DNA from: Mobula hypostoma | Taxonomy: Eukaryota | DNA: 60,000 nt | NCBI RefSeq assembly: GCF_963921235.1 | Contig: NC_086107.1 | Location: 104,782,001 to 104,842,000, forward strand | Direction of reading: 5' to 3' | Part shown: positions 40,456 through 52,110 of the stretch, one piece after another | Layout of the letters: each line of letters starts with the position of its first letter | How positions within the stretch are numbered: the stretch's first letter is position 1 | Notes under the pieces: model-generated | What the model saw: the letters and a program-made list of their open reading frames with translations, nothing else | The model's database searches: none | Told to the model about the DNA's origin: nothing | Made by a program: the position numbers and the translations under genes

Positions 40456-41114
40456 TACATAAAACCATGTTATTTGATGCTGCTTCCACCCTACAGTTCC
40501 CATGCGATTTCCTTGCAAATCATTGGTTCTACAGTTAGGAAGGTGGGCCAGCCTGCTTTAAGAAGGTTCATTGTTGGAGTGGAGATTAGTTTTGATACCT
40601 TCATTGCGAACTTCCTAGTGATCCAGCCACACACACCATAATGCCTAATAAAATCTTCTTTATCTTCTACCTTTACACAAGAAATTTAATTGATAGTTGC
40701 CAAATAAAACAACTGGTTGGAGCCCTTTTGAATTTTTGTTTTGTGCACCACTTTCCACCCCTGTCTTTTTGCTCCAAATCTGGGAGCAATGAAGTCCCAT
40801 GCATGCCTGACTCGTAGAAGTTCCTTCACAAACTAGGGAATGGAATACGTACATGCCTTCAGCTTCATTCAGAACAAGGTAATACCTTTATCTGCTAGGT
40901 CACAAACCAAAATGAGCTACACTCTCAGATCTTGGTAGATACTTTGAAAGACACGATCTTCAGTTATCTTCTTTTGTTTTAAATTAGCTGAACTCGTAGC
41001 TTTTCTTTATCATTGTTTTAAAGAAAATCTGTTGCATTTATTTTTTCCTACAAACTCCAGTTATTTTGTGTTCCACGTGTCAGCTTTGAGTTGACAGAAA
41101 CAGCATGCGATAAA

Positions 41115-41355
41115 CACTGGGCAATCTGTTCACAAGTATGATTGATGGTCACTTGGTCAAGACCCCAGGGACAACACCTGATCTTTTTCCTAGATGATGC
41201 CATGGGATTTCTTGTTTCCACCTGAGTGCAGCTAAGGCTTCAGTTCCATGTATCATACTGATAGTATTGCCTAATCAGTATTGCATTGGAGTGTCACCCT
41301 GATTATTTGTGTTCCGGGCTCTTAGGTGGAACTTGAGCCTTCAAACCCTTGATTC
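41115..41355 (-). mobile_element. DeuSINE (SacSINE1-like) remnant
   Basis: tgccatgggatttcttgtttccacctgag...gcattggagtgtcaccctgattatttgtg...ggaacttgagcc resembles the recalled family on the minus strand. Confidence 0.55.
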
Positions 41356-43489
41356 AAAAGCAATTTTAACTCATTCAGTTATAAATCAGAGAAATGTTTC
41401 TTTGATGCTATTAGGAACATTTGCTTTTGCAAATGTACGGCAACTTCACTTGAATAATAAATTTGCTCTTGTTTTCCCTTGTGTTAAACAGGTAGGATGG
41501 TACATGAGCAATATACTAATTCTAAACTGAATTTGTCATATTTCAGAACTGAAACTTTGGTCAGATCTATACTTGGGTGGCATGGCCAGTGCTGACTTGC
41601 TTTAAAAGTACAGCTTCACATTTTTTAAATATACCATTTCTAACATCTGCTTCATGTGTTAAAATGAAGTGGAGAAAAAGTGGGAAGGAGCACAAAATAC
41701 AGTGGATTCAGTTTAAATTTATAAATTATTTTTCAAAAAGTATCAGTACATGGCCTTTTCAAATTTCTGGAATTTTAAGTTTCTACTGGATGGTTTTGTC
41801 AGAACAATTGCTAATACCAGTAATTCATCAGTCATCCAGGATCTATGGGGAATAGGGAGTGCCAGTTGTATCAGAATTGCTCAGAAAACTTTATATTGCT
41901 GAACTATATTTCTTTTCCTTATCTTTTTAAATAACAATGATTAATACTGCAATTTTTTTTAAGACTAAGCATTATTAGTGTAAACTACAACAAAATAAAT
42001 CATGGGATCATACTCATCAGTACATGAGGTTCAAAGGTTTATTTTACTATCGGAGAATGTATGCAATGTACAACCTGCAATTCTTACTCTTCACAGACAT
42101 CTATGAAACAAGAACCCCATAGAATGAATGATAGAAACCTCAAAATCCTCAAAGCCATCCCCCCATCTCCCTTCACACAAGGGAAACTCTTTTAAAAAAA
42201 AGATGTTGCTACTATTCAACCTACAACTATAAATTATATGTTTAAACTAAACTAAAGATGTCTTTCCATACCTATTTTGTATTTTGAAAAATATGTATCA
42301 GTTAACATTAGGAATTGTTGCCAATGTTATGAGAATCCAAGATAGATAAATTACAGATAAAGGAGAGGTTATTATATTTTGCAATCTGATATGAATTTCA
42401 AACTTCAGTATAGACACGGAAAGTCTCTCATTTGAATTTTACAGTTTAAGCTGTTTTTCATAATCGAAGTTACAAACTCAGTTGTGCAAAGATCTGACAG
42501 CTTCTGAGATGAATGGTTATGATCTCGCTGACTATAAGTTATGGCTGCAGTCTAGGTCTGATTTTCTAGTTGATAGCAGCAGAGAAATGTGGGTTGAGAT
42601 GGGGATGTAGGGAGAAGATGGTGACACATTAAAAGAAAGGCTGAAGCCTATTCGTTTATCAGAAAGCGCCTGCTTCATATTTGGATAATTATTGTACATT
42701 CTTCCAAAAAAACACTTATAGATGAGTATAACAGCAGCGTTAATACTCCCAGTGGAAAAAATTCATCGCGAACTACTTACTCATGTCTGAATGCAATTTC
42801 ATTCATCTCTGCTTGAACCTCAGGGATGCTGAGATCCAGCAGATAAACATAAATGCTTTTGTAGAGAGATTCCGATTGGGAGAGTGGAAAGATTCTTGGA
42901 TGGTATGTCCTTTTGAAATCAGCTTTTTTGGTTACATTCCAGTAAACCTAGTGGCCTCTTTAATTCAGGTGCATGGAGAAAGAATTGTAATCCTGCACAA
43001 ATTGCTTTCTATTTAGAACAGTAACAAATCCTTCTATTTTACTGAAAGTATAGTTTGGATCTGATTCTTTAATTGCCTAAGAAAATGTAATCACTTCTTT
43101 ATTTGGATCCAGCAGCTTCTACTCTTCCAGGAACAATCATTAGTCTTTTAAAGCCTCTGAAATAAAGATGGCCAAGTAGCACAGCTTAATTTTGCATATT
43201 GCTGCTGAGGTACTCGGATCAAATTGCAGCCAAGGCTATCATTTACTCTGAGCTTTCCCCTTAATGATAAACTGCTACTCTTGCTTTGTTTAAAACAGCA
43301 TTCAGCCTACCGTCACAACTTAAATATAGGGCAAAATTGAGATTATTTAACTGCTCATAGGACAAACTTTTAACGGTGAGACTTGTTCTTAAGTACAATT
43401 TATTTTGGAAAAGGAACTTATCTGATTTTTTTTCTGTATATAAGAAACTGTAATATAAAAAGCTACTTGACAGGCTATTGAGACATAAA

Positions 43490-43708
43490 GACACAAGACT
43501 ACAGATGGTGGAATCTGCAGCAACGCACAAGACCTTGGGGGAATTCAGCAGGTCAAGCAGCATCAATGGAGGAAAATGACATTGGAGGTTTCAGGTTGAG
43601 ACCCTTAATCTGTCATCCAGTTGAGGGGTCTTGACCCAAAATCTCAACTGTCCATTTCCTCTATAAATGCTGCCTGACCCACCAAGTTCCTGTAGCTTTT
43701 TGTGTTCT
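43490..43708. mobile_element. Fold-back pair of Penelope-like 3' ends
   Basis: cagcaggtcaagcagcatc...tcaggttgagaccctt mirrors ggggtcttgacccaaaa...atgctgcctgaccc around an axis near 43613. Confidence 0.75.
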
Positions 43709-43710
43709 TT

Positions 43711-44316
43711 TGAGACAGAGAGAGAAGGGAGGAGCTACTTGATGGATGGCTGGTGTTCAGCAGGGTGAGATAAATAGAAGGTCAGCTGGTAGACACAGAG
43801 ACACATGATTTTGGACACTGGATGAGCTTTGTTGTGCCCACAGCAGGTGGTCTTTTGGAGGATCGATCAGTGGCTCTCACAGTGTGGAGAAGGTGTGACT
43901 GGTGGGAAGTGTGTCCAACCCTCGCCTTGGTTGATGACTTCACCACAGAAAACGTCCCCTTGTTGTGGTCACATTCGGTGACTTCGAGAGGATTTTGGAG
44001 GACAGCGGGAAGAATTGACGACATCAGCTTACTCAAACAACAACAACCTCTCCATCACAACTCAACTCAGTACCATGAACTGAACTGAACTTTATCCATC
44101 ACTGTAATACTGTATCCATTTACCTCTAGGCTTGAAGAAGCTTGGTTTTTATATTTCCACGCTTATATGTATAATCATTGCTAACCTATTTGATATATCT
44201 GATATATTATTGTATTGTGTAGTTCCTAATAAACGAGTATTAGTTAATAGCAATTCCAAACTCCAAGGTGTCTTCCATTTCTGCTGGTTCTTTAACCTGT
44301 CACGGGGTACGTGACA
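43711..44316 (+). mobile_element. 5'-truncated LTR of a tRNA-Pro-primed LTR retroelement
   Basis: TATA-like GATAAATA near 43769, AATAAA at 44228, terminus ...TGTCACGGGGTACGTGACA, then AAAT and the primer binding site TGGGGGCTCGTCTGGGAT. Confidence 0.8.
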
Positions 44317-44320
44317 AAAT

Positions 44321-44383
44321 TGGGGGCTCGTCTGGGATTTGAACCCAAGACCTCTTGCACCCAAAGTGAGAATCATACCCCTA
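44321..44383 (-). pseudogene. Reverse-transcribed tRNA-Pro(TGG) copy with CCA, lacking the 5' 12 nt (extended primer binding site)
   Basis: Reverse complement TAGGGGTATGATTCTCACTTTGGGTGCAAGAGGTCTTGGGTTCAAATCCCAGACGAGCCCCCA is 58/63 identical to the recalled vertebrate tRNA-Pro(TGG), with mostly CpG-type differences. Confidence 0.92.
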
Positions 44384-45134
44384 CTCATTCCTGATTAGAT
44401 TGTCTGGCATTTTGAATGGGGTGAATTCACAAAACTTACTTGGTACCTCTAACTGCACAAAGTTATATTCTAAAATGTAGCAAAAATGAGTGACAAGATA
44501 GCAGTGGCTCTGTATGAAATGGGCATGGAAATACTTAACTTGCCTTGTTCATTGTAGCATTGTTTGTCTATTACTATTAAACATCCAGAAATGAGTCTAA
44601 AATATTAGACCTCGTTACATCAGGAAAAAAAAATCACTTTACGATAAATTTAACATTTCATACTGTTCAGGAAAATACCATGAGTGGGGTTCTAAATCGA
44701 TAAGTTGAGCAAACCCCGAACTCACAGAAAGATAGAAGAGTGATAGATTCAACTTGAAAATAGATTGCATTTTTTGATCCAGAATGATTAATTCTGACTC
44801 CTGGTTTGAACAAATTATTGATAGCTGATCTCACAGCAAAGGCAGTATTTGGAAGTGAGGTGATCAATTTTTCTAACTGGCCAATCAAACTCTATTTTGG
44901 AAATTTTTGATATTTTAATAGTTGAATTGGTGAGAGGATTGGAACGGAATCAGAGCAATGTGACCTTAGAAAAAAGGTGGCATAAGTTTTATTTCAAAAT
45001 ACAGCAGTATTCCAGCCCACTTGTGATTCTCAATCTATGGGAAAAATCTGGGGTAAGGAAGCTAAATCTTAAATATTGTTTTGCAAACCTGGAATAATTA
45101 ATGGGTGAAGAAATGCATCCCCCTCACCTCCATT

Positions 45135-45790
45135 CAAGGCCAAGTGAGCTAACATTTCACCTAATCTGTTGGGGTCATCTATTGCATCCAGTGCTCCCAA
45201 TGTGACCTACTCTGCATTGGTGAGACCTAACCCAACGTAAATTGGGGATCACTTTGTCAAGCACCTCCGTTCTATCCACAATAATTGGGAATTTGCTGGT
45301 GACCAACCATTTTAATTACTATCCCCATTCCTGTTCCAAGATGTTGGTCCATAGCATCCTCTTCTGCTATAATAAGGCCACTCTCAGGGTATGTGAGCAA
45401 CCCCTCATATTCCTTCTAGGTAGCCTCCAATCTGATGGCATGAACATCGATTTCTCCTTTCAGTATTCTTTTCTTTTCCTCTCCTCCTATCTTCTTCTAT
45501 TCCCCACTCTGGCCTCTTACCTCTCTTCACCTGCCTACTTCCTCTTAGTGCACCTCTTTCCTCTCCAGCCCTTGCCTTTCCCACCCACCTTGCTTCACCT
45601 ATCACCTAGCTTGCCTCCTTTACCTCTCCCTTTCTATTCTGACATCTTACCCCTTCCTTTCCAGTCCTGATGAAGTGTCTCGGCCCAAAACATCATCAGT
45701 TTATTCATTTCCGTAGATGCTGCCTAACCTGCTGACTTTCACCAGCATTTTGTGTGTTACTATGGATTTCCAAAATCTGCAGAATCTCTT
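45135..45790 (+). mobile_element. 5'-truncated Penelope-like retroelement (GIY-YIG remnant plus 3' end)
   Basis: GVIYCIQCSQCDLLCIGET, NHFNYYPHS and EQPLIFLLGSLQSDGMNIDF. Hammerhead-like motif at 45662-45699. Confidence 0.85.
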
Positions 45791-48254
45791 AAATGTATAA
45801 TTCATACAGCCCTGCAAGATTATTGGTCTTTGATGAGGTTACCATGTGCTATATAGTTGACCTGTGCTCTCAAACATTTCCAGTTAACCAAATATTACCT
45901 GGCATTTGCTGGCACTGTAAATTGACTACTTTGTTCCTTCGTGGGGTGCTGAATTGACTTCATTGTTTCCTTCGTTTTCCGGGTGCTGCAGAGTGCTTTA
46001 ATTGAATTTTTTTGGCTGCAACAAAACCATTCCTGATCATTATCCAGCAACCTGCACTGGAATACATCAACAGCCAGTTTGACAGAATATTGGAATTAGC
46101 CACTTTGGACATTGCAATCCAATTGAGTGTTGCCCTTCTTCTTAATGCAGATTCATTTATGAGTACCCCTTTAGGTGAAAATATTGGATTGTCACAGTCT
46201 GAAAGATTGTATTCTAGTCTGGTTAATGACAATGGATATCAACTCCATTTGAAAGATATCTCTTTATGATTCAGTGTTTGTGAAAAATGAAACATTTTTT
46301 TAGGTTAAATTGTTTGAAGGTATGAAAGCCATAAACTCCTACTGCACCTCATAATGGACAGCTTAATGCAGCTTTAGTCTAGGTGTGACTGAAGCTCTTT
46401 TTAATAACCTTGTACTTGAGACCAAGGCATAACACAGTAGCTTCCAGGGAAGAATTAGTGTTTTTGTTTGAACTGACAAATAAATACTTTTGTGGAAAGG
46501 ATGGTAGTGGTCTTGTCTATGAATATTATCGAGATCTGAGTATGAGACTGTCTACTGGAGTGGATGTATTCCTTCAATTGTCTTCCTTCATTCTTTTATT
46601 ATGGAGTTCAAGAGTTCTTATTAAAGTAGATTAATTAGGAATTGTGGATCTCTGGAAAGGTATTTGTTTTGACATGTATAAAGCAATTTTTTTTGAAGGA
46701 AAATCTTTTCTTCCTAATGAGTAATTATGACATAGGATTACTGTAGTAGTTTAGTTTTTAAAGTAGATTATGTCTGCTGCCACCCACAAAGAAATATAAC
46801 ATGATAAAAGACTAAAAAAAAAATCTCAAATCTAAGGGAAAGGTTATTCAACTATTCATTCTGGGATAAAACTGACATTGACATTAACAAAAGAAGAAAA
46901 AACTCAAGTTACAAAGAAGCTAGTATATCTCAAATTAAATTTTTGTGTGAAGAAGATTTTGTATTTTAGTAATGGGTGCTCCAGACATCTTGGAAATGAA
47001 TACTGCAGCAGTGGAAAGTTCTGCTTGAATCATGATGAAATGTGTTTTTCATTAGTGACTGCCTTTGGCAAATGCTGTGAATTTCTTCAGTGTTACTGAT
47101 AGAGTTCTTTAGTTAACTCCATACACACCAAATATTTTATTTTCTCTTTGATAACAATATGAAAGGATACTGAAGCACATTTCTTTAATTTTAAAATAAT
47201 TATAGCCTCAGTTAAGTTGAAAACCACTGCCAATTAATTTCAAACTTGTCCGGGTAAGTCTTAGCTGACCAATGGAATAATTTCGGAACACTCCTGAGCA
47301 GGAAAACTGTCACCATTAATCTCTCAGCAGTCAAGAAGTTGCATGAATAGTAAAGAATGGAAAAAAAATACGGTGCACACATACTCTTCCTTCATCGCAG
47401 CACACCTCTAGGAAAACCACTGTAATGAAAATAAATGACAAGATGTGAATTTTTGCTGTACAAAAATCTTTTGCTCCCTTGTGCCTTAATGAGTAAATGC
47501 TGTGCCTTGCATAGCACAAAGCAATTTGGAATTCCTCATCTTCCCCATCTGCTCTCTTCATCTTTCCCAAAGAACCAACCAAGTCAGCGAATTTAAGCTG
47601 ATTAGTAGTTAAATCACCCCAAGTGCCATGAACTCTGAGAAGCTGATGACCATCTATTGATTATATTGTCTAATGCTAATGAGGTTTTTGCTTTACTCAT
47701 TATTGAGTACCTGCTATTTGTACTCTTCGTTCAACCTCTGAAATGAAGCCCTATTATTATTGTTGTTGTTGCTGTGATTGTCATTATTAAGACTACTTTA
47801 AAAGGCCCTTTCGTTTGTAATATCTGTAAAAGAAGTGAGACTCAAAATATCTTCACATTGCGCTCTCTTATTGCATAAGCTCAGTTAGTGTATGTTTTCA
47901 AATTTGCCTCTAAAGACCTACAGATCAGTGAAGGCAGATGGTAAAAAAAAATTATTTAAATCTATTTTTTCCAAAACTGAAATTGCTATTTTGAGCTTTG
48001 CCTTTAAATCAGTGCCTTGCGTCAGCATACTTGTGTCATGCTGGTTAGACTATGCTGAAACTCTTAAGCTGGTTCATCACATTTTATATTCCGGAGGGAA
48101 ACTGGGTTTTCCAGTGGCAAAGGGCAGGATCTCTGTGCTTTGCACCTCTTTGGACTACTGATGATCAGGATTGCTATTGACCAAGGGAAACTTGGGTTAA
48201 CAACCAGCAATATTTCCATTAGGTAATCAGATTCAGGTTTATATCCAACATGCA

Positions 48255-48386
48255 GTTCTGCAGATGTTGAAAACCTTAAGCAACACACGCACACAATGCT
48301 GGAGGGTCTCAGTTTGAAACTTCAACAGTTAATTTCTCTCCCTAGATTCTGCCTGATCTGCTGTTCCTACAAGTTTTGTGTGTTTA
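48255..48386. mobile_element. Deleted fold-back Penelope-like 3' ends
   Basis: ttctgcagatgttg...acacaatgctggag (minus orientation) is fused to gggtctcagtttgaaacttcaacag...ttttgtgtg (plus orientation). Confidence 0.6.
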
Positions 48387-48747
48387 TTATCATTGACAGT
48401 GCTTTAGTGCCAAAGACTTTTGTACAGTAATATATTTGTCAACGTGGAGCGGTGAATGAGGTTTGTAAACCTGGCAGGAGCAAAGGGTGTTGGGAATGGC
48501 GAGGGTGAGGTGCTGTGGGAGGGGTGTGGGAAAGGTGGCAGAAAAGGAATAATGGGGGGGGGGCGTCAGGTGGTGCAAATGTTGACACACCCAGCCCTGA
48601 GACACCAGACAAGGTAATTTGATTCTAAACAATTGGTTTATTGATGATTACAGAATGTCTGGTGTTTCCCACTCCCTCACCCCTTTTCCTAATCATAATT
48701 CCCCTCTCCCTGGCCCCTTCCCACTCTCAGTCCAGAATAGTGACCCA

Positions 48748-49220
48748 TATTAGAATCAGGTTTACTATCACTCATATATGTCATGAAATTTTCTTTTTTT
48801 TTGCAGCGCGGTATAATGTAATACATAAAGTTACTACTGTGCAAACGTCTTAGGCACCCTAGTGCGTGCTTTCTCACCCCCCGCCACCCCCCTTCCTCAC
48901 ACCTCAGACTTTTGCACAGTACTGTGTGTCATGAACTTTGTTTTGTGTGAGATAGTGTTCCATGGATTCATGATCTGTTCGGAAATCTGAAGTCAAAGAG
49001 GAAGAAGCTGTTCTTAAAATATTGAGTATGGGCCTTCAGGTTCCTGTACCTCCTCCCCGTTGGTAGTAACATTAATAGGCCATGTCCTAGATGGTGAGGA
49101 TCTTCAGTGATGGATGGCAGCCATCTCTTGAAGATGTCTGTGATGAAACTAGTCGAATCTGCAACCTTAGCAGCCTCTTGTGGTCCTATGCAGTGGAGCC
49201 TCCATACCAGGTTATGATGT
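48748..49220 (-). mobile_element. Rex1/Babar LINE 3' end containing a small Tc1-type MITE (about 48833-48923)
   Basis: Minus ORF ...DPHHLGHGLLMLLPTGRRYRNLKAHTQYFKNSFF. The MITE has TIRs TACTGTGCAAACGTCT / AGACTTTTGCACAGTA. Confidence 0.7.
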
Positions 49221-50399
49221 GCAAGATTTTGGAGTGGAAGGTGAGAATAGTGTAGTTGGGTGAAATATTTGAGAATGAGGAACAAAAAATGGTTTCAGTT
49301 TATATAATGCTTTAGCCTACATTCTGGATGTTACTAAATATTTTACAGCCAATTAATTATCACAACACCACCCATTTTATACAGCGTTCAAAGCAGTAAA
49401 AAGGATTAATTCCTTTGATTTCTATTGCTGAGAAATATTTCTAAAGACCATATTGGAGAAATAATGCTGCCTAAAGATGATACTTCGTCTTTTGATGGCA
49501 TTATCTCAATATAACATGAGCACCTCCCCTATATTTCTTGATAAATAGGTAATGAGCAAACTTTACTAAACAGTTATCTCAACTCTGGTAAATTAATTAA
49601 AAAACACAGAAGACTGTAGATGAGAGTTAATAATTACACTGGGAAAGATGAATGCAGGAAGGATGCATAAAAGCTGGCTTATTGCATTTCTATATATAAA
49701 CTCTATATAACTTTCCCAATATTAGGCATGAGATTTCAGCTAAAATTAGTTTATACATATCATCACTAAATACTGTTTCACTTTTACCATGGACTTACGG
49801 ATAAATTATTTTTGGAGGAGTATAGTTTTCTGAGATCTGATTAAAGAAACTGCTCAGTAGTTTTGTCTTTTTTCTGTGCAGGTCACTTACCTATGCTTTA
49901 TATGAATATGGTTTGGGAATGGTATCCTTTTATGTGAAAATTCATCATCATCTTCCTCCCCAAGACACTGAGTGAGAAAGAGAATTGATCTCTGATTTCC
50001 ATCTTTTTCTGCATGATCTCTTGATGATTCTCTTGATTATAATGCCAGATTTTAATGGAATATTAGAGTTTGGATACACACTTTTTCTGGATGACTGTTA
50101 TTTTGTTTTATTTTTCATTTTCACCACTGGTCTGAATCTCTTAAATAATAGCCACCAGAAACAGATATTAGTTCAGTTAATTCACCAAAACACACTGATA
50201 CTGAAAGTCGGTGTAAACCTAGGAAATAGTTGTTAATTTCTTTGTTGATCAAGCTTAATTTCTGTTTAACTATGCCCTACTCATTGCATTTTCTCAAAGT
50301 TGCCCTGTTTTTATTAGGAAAGCTTGTACATATTTTCTTCTTCTGCTCCTTAAATCTATTGTTTTCAGAGCAAATTCACTTTGCTGCATAAAGTGAGTC

Positions 50400-52110
50400 A
50401 TGCAGCCTGCCCCACCTCCAATTAAATGGCTGACACGATGTTGTCAGTAAATATTTTGTTCTTTAATGTGTGAAACGTGTTTCAATGTCCCAAACTATTG
50501 ATACCCCATCTAGCCACTGTGATTTACAGCTCTGTGCATTCAATTAAATTGGTAGTTGACAAATCCAAAAAATAATCTGTTAATTCCTATTTTTTTAAAA
50601 TCTGTTAACCAATCCTCAATCCACACCAATTTTCCCCCATCTGCTCTAATTTTGTTCAATAAAATCTGTGCCAATTTATCAATAACCTCTGAAAGCATGC
50701 CACGTGCACTGGTTTGTCCATGATTTTCTTTCATAAAAGCATGTTAACTGTGCCCTGTCTTATTAATCCTGCTACCATTTCAATAATACACACAAAATGT
50801 TGAAGGAACTCGGCAGTCCTGATGAAGAGTCTTGGCCTGAAATGTCAATCGCTTACTCTTTTTCATAGATGCTGCCTGGCCTGCTGAGTTTCTGCAGCAT
50901 TACCTTGATTTCCAGCAATCTGTAGATTTTCTCTTGTTTGTGACCATTTCACAATAGTTTGTAGCATCTTCCCCATTGCACCTGCCTTGCTTCATTAAAT
51001 AATTGGTTACATTTGCTATCATGCAATCTGTAGGAATTGTTTCTGAATCTATAGAATTCTGGAAGATGATGTTCAGTCCATCTACTGGCTCCATTGTCTC
51101 CACTGTCACAATTTTCACAATCTTTGGATCGTCAACTCCTAGAAACTTTTTGCAGTCTGAATTGTTTCACTGGTACTTTATTAAACTATTGTTAATTACT
51201 TTCAGCTTCCCATTGACTCTACTCAAGTTGTCCTCTACATACAAGAGATTTTCTTTATCATTTTTGAAAGCAGAGGCAAAGTGGTTGTTTTAATTTGTCT
51301 TCCTTTTTCTTATTTTTCAATATATTTTCTCCTGTCTAAATCTATTTGTCTTACTGGGTTTTTTGCTTTTTACTGATCTGTTCGAACTTTAATACGATTA
51401 TAATATTTCTTCTCTTCTGTTCCTTTTGTGTATTTTGTCATCCTTTGAATTCTGAAATTTCCCCATTCTTCAAGTGATCTAGGATTTGGGCGTTCTGGTG
51501 CATAAATCAAAAAGTTAGCAAGCAGGTCCAACTAGTTAAGAGGGAAAATGATATGCTGTCCCTGTTTGCAGAGAGATTGAAGTTTATGAATAGGGAGGGT
51601 TTATTGCAGTTGTACAGAGTATTGGGTGAGGCTGCATCTGGAATAGTGTACCCAGTTTTATTCCACTTGCCCCTTTATCTTTTTTTTTTAAAAGGGTATA
51701 GTAACATTAGAAGCAGTGCAAAGAAGATTTGCCAGGTTCATTTCTGGAATATGAAGGTTATTCTATCAAGAAAAGCTAGACAGCATGGGTTTATGTTCCT
51801 TGAATTTTGAAGAATGATCTATCAAGGCAGTTTGGCAATGTAGATGTCAAGTTATTTCCAAGTCCAAGGGGCCAGTCATCTAAAACTGAGGTACATACAA
51901 ATTTCTTTTGAGAGGGTGCTGAAATTTTGCAATTTTGTTATTGAGGGTGATGGAAGTATTAAGTATAAGTGGCAGATTATCAGGAATATTTATGGTGGAA
52001 GATAGAGGAATTAGTGCTATGGGATGCTGGCACAGAGGAGGCTAATGTAGATCAACTATGATCACATTGAAGGCCAGGGCAGGAATAAGTGGCCTATTCC
52101 TATTTTTTGA
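50400..52110. mobile_element. Decayed CR1 fragments (minus to about 51480, plus thereafter)
   Basis: Minus: WIEDWLTD and NIIFQNSIDSETIPTDCMIANVT. Plus: LKFMNREGLLQLYRVL. All CR1 ORF2-like. Confidence 0.65.
50788..50942 (+). mobile_element. Penelope-like 3' end with short inverted 5' piece and the best-preserved hammerhead core
   Basis: cagtc-CTGATGA-agagtcttggcct-GAAA-tGTC at 50814-50846. ACCATTTCA occurs on both sides (50774 and 50943). Confidence 0.8.

Noticed and set aside
44321..44383. Functional tRNA-Pro gene
   Set aside because: Lacks the 5' 12 nt (acceptor stem and part of the A-box), encodes CCA and shows CpG decay, so it is a reverse-transcribed copy.
46012..46269. 85-aa protein-like ORF
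   Set aside because: Non-ATG start, no recognisable homology and no clear splice signals.
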